The position numbers and the translations under genes were made by a program. The notes under the pieces are model-generated. The model searched no databases. It saw nothing but the letters and a program-made list of their open reading frames with translations, and was not told where the DNA came from. A stretch of 64,000 bases of DNA from Phycisphaeraceae bacterium (GTDB lineage: Bacteria > Planctomycetota > Phycisphaerae > Phycisphaerales > Phycisphaeraceae). Positions 59,055 through 64,000 of this stretch are shown here, piece after piece (the stretch's first letter is position 1; each line of letters begins with the position of its first letter). The DNA lies in assembly GCA_963674705.1 (NCBI GenBank), contig OY771506.1:3872001-3936000 (forward strand), written 5' to 3'.

Positions 59055-60165
59055 TGCGGACAAGCTGAGGTTCTGATTCGTCGGCCGCTATTTCGTTGAT
59101 ACGCTTGAGCAAAACAGGATCGCATTCATCTGCTAAAACGTTACCCAATGCGATCAGCGCGTTGCGTTTGAGCATGTCGAGTTTGATGCGTTTGAGGGCT
59201 GAGCCTTGAAATACTGCCTGGCGATCATCTTCGTTCCAATCGAGGATATCTGTCAGGCTTAATCCCGGGGCCGGGGGGCGTGGGGTGTGGTCGGGGTGAA
59301 GAGGGAGGTCGCTAAACCGCAAGCGGCTTGATGCACTTAATTCTTTCTCCTGCTCTCCTTTCTCCTGTTCACCTGCTCTATTATGCGGGCACACTTCCTG
59401 GCAGACGTCGCAACCTCCTATCCAGTTATCCATCATGGCCTGCAGGGAAGGGGCTATCTCACTGCGGTGTTCGATGGTCAGGTAGCTGATGCAGCGTGAC
59501 GCGTCGATCGAACGCGGACCATCCCGGCTGATGCACTGAGTGGGGCAGGCGTCGATACAGCGTGTGCAGGTGCCGCAATGGTCGGTGGGGGGGACTGTCG
59601 GATCGGGATACTCGGCCTCTTCGGAGGTCTGGAGTTTCAGTGTGGTGACGATCGTACCGAGCAGGAAGTATGAGCCGAAGCGGGGGTGGATGAGCAGCGT
59701 GTGTTTGCCGATCCAGCCCAAACCTGCTTTTGCTGCTACTTCACGTTCCAGAATCGGTGCGGTGTCGACCGTTGAGCGGAACTGTTCGTTTGGGTATTGC
59801 CCTGCCAGCACATCGGCCAGCTTGTGCAGCCGCTTTTTCATGGTCTTGTGATAGTCTTTGCCGAAGGCGTAGCGTGCGATACGGCCGTGGGGTGCGGGGC
59901 CTGCGGGTGGTTGTGTTGCCAATTCAGAGTGTTTATCCGCGACGCAGATGATAGAACGTGCGCCATCCAGAAGATTGCCCGGGTCTAACCGCACATCGAG
60001 ATGGTTGGCGAGGTAATGCATCTCACCGTGTTTGTCGGCCGCCAGCCATTCTCGCACGTGCTGCTCATGCTCGGTCTTTGCCGCTTCACAAACACCCACC
60101 AGCGCGAAACCGAGTTCACGTGCATGCTGGATGATCTGTTGTGTCGTGACCGCAGGTTTATTCAT
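58996..60165 (-). CDS. queG: tRNA epoxyqueuosine(34) reductase
   Basis: ARYA.G.DYH, VDTAPILER, AGLGWIGKH, CGTCTRCIDACPT, CISYLTIE, GCDVCQEVCPHN. Confidence 0.95.
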   Translation of the reverse strand: MNKPAVTTQQIIQHARELGFALVGVCEAAKTEHEQHVREWLAADKHGEMHYLANHLDVRLDPGNLLDGARSIICVADKHSELATQPPAGPAPHGRIARYAFGKDYHKTMKKRLHKLADVLAGQYPNEQFRSTVDTAPILEREVAAKAGLGWIGKHTLLIHPRFGSYFLLGTIVTTLKLQTSEEAEYPDPTVPPTDHCGTCTRCIDACPTQCISRDGPRSIDASRCISYLTIEHRSEIAPSLQAMMDNWIGGCDVCQEVCPHNRAGEQEKGEQEKELSASSRLRFSDLPLHPDHTPRPPAPGLSLTDILDWNEDDRQAVFQGSALKRIKLDMLKRNALIALGNVLADECDPVLLKRINEIAADESEPQLVRITAQQVLARLNLDNDCGDS

Positions 60166-60177
60166 GCAGGCAACCGC

Positions 60178-61572
60178 TTAAATCGATTGATACTTGTCAT
60201 GATAGTAGCGGAACTGGTGATAAGACAGACCGAGCAATCGCGCGGCTTCGGCCTTGTTGCCATCGGCCTGCTGCATGGCGTTTTGGATCAGGCTTTTACT
60301 GAGCGCATCGACCTGCCCGGTGAATGAACCATGCAATACGTTTGCGTCCGGCGACTGAAGGATGCCGAAGTCCTGTGGCGTGATCTCATTGGTCGTATCG
60401 CGATAAGCCGCTCGTTCGATGATGTTTTTCAATTCACGCACGTTACCGGGGAAGGGGTATTGCCGAAGTGTATCCAGAGCCGCTTTCGAGAGCTTTTTGC
60501 CTTTGAAGGCAGGTATTTCCATCGCGAACTGATATAGAAAATGGTTCGACAGCGTTTCGATATCACCCTTGCGCTCACGTAACGGCGGGACTTCAATCAA
60601 TTCAAATGAAAGCCTGTCGTAAAGATCGCTCAGGAAGTTGCCGTTGCGGATCAGTTGCTGCACATCACAGTTTGTTGCGGCGATGATGCGGGCGCTGGTT
60701 TTCAGCTCTTCGTGTCCACCCACCCTGCTGAAAGTGCCGTACTCCACCACCCGCAGGATCTTCTGCTGGAAGGTCAACGGCATGTTGCCGATTTCATCGA
60801 GGAAAAGTGTGCCCCCGTCCGCCAGTTCAAATTTGCCTTGCCGTGTGGCGTCTGCGCCGGTGAACGCGCCACGCTCGTGGCCGAACAATTCACTTTCCAG
60901 TAAGGCTTCGGGAAACGCGGCGCAGTTGACGGTGACGATCGGACGATTCGCCGGCCCGGCACTGAAGTGGATCGCACGGGCGACCAGTTCCTTACCCGTA
61001 CCACGTTCACCAACGATCAGAACCGGGCGGGGCACCTTCGCAACACGCTGGATCTGATCGATGACCGCCGTCATCTGCGGCGATCGGCCGATCAATTGGA
61101 ACCGGGCCTGCATGTCGTGGCGGAGCTGTGCATTCAGAGCATCCAACGCACGGTTGCGTTCGATAACGGAGAACAGGTTTTTGAGTTTGCCCAGAACGGT
61201 GGTGATGCGTTTTTCCAGTTGATCACCGCGTACAAGGAAGTCGGTAGCCCCTGCCGAGACGGCCTCCTGTGCAGAACCGACATCGCCGGCATCCGCGACC
61301 GCGAGGATCGGCACGTTCGAGTCCAACTCCCGTACGCGCTGGATCAGATCGAGCCCGCGGGTTTTGCCGTCGCCGTGGTCGACATGCACGAGTACAAGTC
61401 GGCGTTGATCCGGCTCCTTGAGATGCCGCTTTAGCGCCTGCTGTGTACGGACCACACGCACGTTGCAGCCTAAAGGGGTGTTGGCCTCCACCGCTTCGAT
61501 CAGGTCCCCCAAGCCATCGTCGGCGGGTTCCACGATGTAAACGTTTTGCAGCACAACCAGAGCATACAGCAT
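60178..61572 (-). CDS. Sigma-54 enhancer-binding protein, PspF-like AAA+/HTH, with N-terminal atypical receiver domain
   Basis: GERGTGKEL, GAFTGA, ADGGTLFLDE, KILRVVEYG, DRLSFE, PGNVRELKN, LGLSYHQFR. Start uncertain. Confidence 0.9.
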   Translation of the reverse strand: MLYALVVLQNVYIVEPADDGLGDLIEAVEANTPLGCNVRVVRTQQALKRHLKEPDQRRLVLVHVDHGDGKTRGLDLIQRVRELDSNVPILAVADAGDVGSAQEAVSAGATDFLVRGDQLEKRITTVLGKLKNLFSVIERNRALDALNAQLRHDMQARFQLIGRSPQMTAVIDQIQRVAKVPRPVLIVGERGTGKELVARAIHFSAGPANRPIVTVNCAAFPEALLESELFGHERGAFTGADATRQGKFELADGGTLFLDEIGNMPLTFQQKILRVVEYGTFSRVGGHEELKTSARIIAATNCDVQQLIRNGNFLSDLYDRLSFELIEVPPLRERKGDIETLSNHFLYQFAMEIPAFKGKKLSKAALDTLRQYPFPGNVRELKNIIERAAYRDTTNEITPQDFGILQSPDANVLHGSFTGQVDALSKSLIQNAMQQADGNKAEAARLLGLSYHQFRYYHDKYQSI

Positions 61573-61574
61573 AT

Positions 61575-61628
61575 GTGAGAATTTTCACCATACCTGATGA
61601 GAATTATCATATTCTTGAAGACTTTCAT
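61575..61628. promoter_or_regulatory. Candidate upstream activator sequences (tandem TGAGAATTwTCA palindromes)
   Basis: GTGAGAATTTTCAC (61575-88), ATGAGAATTATCAT (61597-610), weaker TTGAAGACTTTCAT (61615-28). Confidence 0.6.
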
Positions 61629-61673
61629 ATTCATTATTTCAGTCATATCAACAGAATACGAAATTTCGTTCAT

Positions 61674-61688
61674 CGGCATGGTGCTTGC
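61674..61688 (+). promoter_or_regulatory. Sigma-54 (-24/-12) promoter
   Basis: CGGCATGGTGCTTGC = GG-N10-GC, close to the consensus TGGCACG-N4-TTGC. Confidence 0.8.
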
Positions 61689-61744
61689 CAATGCTCCTCC
61701 CGTGCGGCTGTGATGCCGCAGGCAAGAAGCGAAAGGAGTCTGCC

Positions 61745-62086
61745 ATGAATACGAAGTCTTCCGCCAAGTTACTCGGACGCCGCCTTTTGTGGGGTGTCGT
61801 GGTGTGGGGTGTGCTGACCATCCTGATATTGGGTGGCGAGAACTGGCTGAACCAGGTGTATCTGCCACAGCAGTCGGCAGCGTTGGGTGTTTCACAACTA
61901 CCCCCCAGTGATGCGTCGGCCAACGCGCTACGCGGTTTTGAATGGCTCAAAGGTGTGGTGTCCTCAGGCACGCATGTGTTGATCTTCATCCTGGCGTGGT
62001 TGTTCTGGGGCATGACGACGTTCCGACTGCTGATCGCACCTGCCGAGACACAAAAGAAACAAACAACATTGTCGGTGGATGAGTGA
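61745..62086 (+). CDS. Small two-TM membrane protein
   Basis: AAAGGAG RBS; two hydrophobic helices flanking a ~40-aa loop. Confidence 0.75.
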   Translation: MNTKSSAKLLGRRLLWGVVVWGVLTILILGGENWLNQVYLPQQSAALGVSQLPPSDASANALRGFEWLKGVVSSGTHVLIFILAWLFWGMTTFRLLIAPAETQKKQTTLSVDE

Positions 62087-62129
62087 GGCCGGGCATTCAT
62101 CAAATACAGGATTGAAAGGAGACATTGCT

Positions 62130-63221
62130 ATGAAAGCCAAGCTGACCATTTTTGTCGTTGTCCTGCTGCTCATCTGTGCGCCACTGGTTCGCTGCCGTCC
62201 TTACGACAAGCCGGAGTTTATGGAGATAGACACCTCCGAGACAGGCTTCCTGATCGCGCTGGAGGGCGACACGGGCAACCAGATGTCGTTTGATTCCGAG
62301 AGCTACCTGGAACAGCGAAAGGTTGCAGCCAAACGTGTACAGATCCCGCACCGCTGGGTGCAGAAAGGCAGGCTGTGGTTTGATGGCGACTGGATCGACA
62401 CGGTGCGTCTGGTGACGGTGGACCGTTCCCCGGTGACGCGCGAGTGGACCGCTGAATCCACCAGCGGTACATCCGACCGTAACGAGGCGATCTGGATCGA
62501 GAGCAAGGATTCGGTCGGCTTCTCGGTCGGATTCAACTGCACCGCCTTCATCGAGGAAGAGAACACCGCACGGTTCCTGTACATGTATCGCAGCAAATCG
62601 CTGTCGCAGATGATGGATACTGAGATCCGCGCCCGTATCCAGGCCAAGGCGGCGGAGGTGGCGGCGAAGTACGACCTGGACGAGTTGCGGTCCCACAAAC
62701 AGGAAATCATAGATGCGGTCCGTGTAGATGTGGTCGACTTCTTTGCTCAGCGTGGGATCACGATCACGACGATCGGCATGTTCGGTGGTTTCACGTACCA
62801 GAATCCCGACATCCAGCAGGCCATCGACCAGACGTTCGTGGCCCAGCAGTTGAAGGTGGTCAACGCTGCGAAGCTGGATGCCCAGGCCAAGGAAAACCAG
62901 CGGATAGAACTGGAAGCTGAGGGGATGGCCAACCGCGCCCGCAAGATCGCCAAGGGTGAAGCCGATGCCGTGCGTGAATTGGCGGCGGCAACGCGAGAGG
63001 CCCAGTCTGACCCGCTGTTTATGCAACTGAAGATGCTGGAGGTTGAGCAGATGCGGATCGAGCAGTGGGACGGTGCCTACCCGACCTACATGATGACACT
63101 CGGTAGTGCTGAAAAGTCGCCCACAGGCTTGATGTTGCATGTTCCAACGATCGCTTCGGGTGTGATTTCCGGCGTTGCATCCGGCGTTGCCACGGGAGCG
63201 GTCACCGAGATCAAACACTGA
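62130..63221 (+). CDS. SPFH/band-7 (prohibitin-like) membrane-anchored protein
   Basis: GAAAGGAGA RBS; N-terminal anchor; SPFH-like core (DSVGFSV, FFAQRGITIT.IG, IQQAID); Ala/Glu coiled coil; IEQWDG.YP. Confidence 0.75.
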   Translation: MKAKLTIFVVVLLLICAPLVRCRPYDKPEFMEIDTSETGFLIALEGDTGNQMSFDSESYLEQRKVAAKRVQIPHRWVQKGRLWFDGDWIDTVRLVTVDRSPVTREWTAESTSGTSDRNEAIWIESKDSVGFSVGFNCTAFIEEENTARFLYMYRSKSLSQMMDTEIRARIQAKAAEVAAKYDLDELRSHKQEIIDAVRVDVVDFFAQRGITITTIGMFGGFTYQNPDIQQAIDQTFVAQQLKVVNAAKLDAQAKENQRIELEAEGMANRARKIAKGEADAVRELAAATREAQSDPLFMQLKMLEVEQMRIEQWDGAYPTYMMTLGSAEKSPTGLMLHVPTIASGVISGVASGVATGAVTEIKH

Positions 63222-63513
63222 TATGAGCGGCGGCCGAGGGCGTCGCAACCAGAAGCGGCCGCGTCGGGCATCGGCGCGGCCGCTATATTAAGATTCTTAT
63301 AGCTTTTAACATCTCATTCAAACAAGGGTTTAATCCTGTCAGTCCCGGCCTTGCCCTCAAGTACCCGTATTGGCCCATCCTACGGTTGGTTATTACAATC
63401 CCAAGTCTAGAGAGGCGGCCCCAAAGGAATCCCACCGGATACCTCCCGGAACCACGGAATCCTTCCGGATTACCCGCGTTAACACGACAGGCTATTTAGA
63501 GGCCCATCGACCG

Positions 63514-64000
63514 ATGCCCTACGACCTGAAGCCCATCGACCTGGATGTCGAAACCACGCCTTACCTCAAGCCTGAGGAACAGACAGGCGACCGCTGGACG
63601 CTTAACTTCGGGCCCCAGCACCCTTCGACGCATACCACCCTCCGTCTTGTCATGGAACTGGACGGCGAACGTGTCGCGCGGGTGACGCCCCATATCGGGT
63701 ACCTTCACTCCGGCTTTGAGAAGCTTGGTGAAGCACTGGATTACAACCAGTATGTCACCATCGTCAGCCGGATGAACTATATCTCGCCGATCAGCAATGA
63801 CATTGCCTGGCACACGGCAGTCGAGAAGCTGTTTGATATCGATCTAACGCCTCGATGCAAGGTCGTCCGCACGATCCTTGCTGAACTCGGACGCATTCAG
63901 GACCACCTGCTGTGCATCGGTGCGGCGGCGATCGATCTGGGCGCGTTCACCGGCTTCCTTTATGGGTTCAACCAGCGTGAGCGCATTTACGACATCATGG
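63514..64000 (+). CDS. nuoD: NADH-quinone oxidoreductase subunit D (5' partial)
   Basis: Not in ORF track. Manual translation: ...LNFGPQHPSTHTTLRL.MELDGE.V....PHIGYLHSGFEK..E...Y.Q.....RMNY...ELGRI.DHL. Confidence 0.92.
   Translation, partial: MPYDLKPIDLDVETTPYLKPEEQTGDRWTLNFGPQHPSTHTTLRLVMELDGERVARVTPHIGYLHSGFEKLGEALDYNQYVTIVSRMNYISPISNDIAWHTAVEKLFDIDLTPRCKVVRTILAELGRIQDHLLCIGAAAIDLGAFTGFLYGFNQRERIYDIM

Noticed and set aside
2160..60165. Functional clustering of three B12-dependent enzymes (metH, nrdJ, queG)
   Set aside because: They are tens of kb apart with unrelated genes between; this shows cobalamin dependence but not a locus.
62100..63248. 382-aa minus-strand ORF (likewise 14231..15091, 7913..8728, 52447..53235, 54958..55767, 4977..5714 and similar)
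   Set aside because: Antisense shadows of well-supported genes, expected in high-GC coding DNA; no recognisable motifs.

Overview
High-GC bacterial chromosomal window, most likely from a planctomycete of class Phycisphaerae. This is an inference from the PEP-CTERM proteins carrying 'DGFVGLDDLD..NWN' dockerin-like tails, a prepilin-type H-X9-DG protein and CxxCGYDLRG zinc-ribbon proteins. Most of the window is scattered housekeeping genes: metH, uppP, nadK, rpmH (missed by the ORF track), rnc, bcp, ribF, dcd, nrdJ, ispE, pcm, ilvD, coaD, rpsD, fabI, queG and the 5' part of nuoD. An accessory island at about 12.2-21.6 kb encodes secreted PEP-CTERM proteins. No rRNA, tRNA, CRISPR array or intact transposase was seen. 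Best leads: (1) a divergent sigma-54 module in which a PspF-like activator with a degenerate receiver domain faces a -24/-12 promoter, tandem palindromic enhancer sites and a two-gene membrane/SPFH operon without pspA; (2) tandem NrdR boxes followed by a ~200-nt cloverleaf-like leader RNA before dcd-nrdJ; (3) two paralogous PEP-CTERM proteins with a conserved 'RL.AYSL.AGA' leader next to a cytoplasmic AlkP-superfamily/TPR enzyme; (4) a free-standing structured ncRNA candidate at ~50.3 kb; (5) an IS30-end scar truncating a nucleoside-hydrolase domain; (6) a REP-like repeat inserted in frame in queG. The nrdJ 3' half carries about 7 single-base homopolymer insertions that are most likely sequencing or assembly errors. 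All family assignments are from motif recognition by eye; no database search was run.
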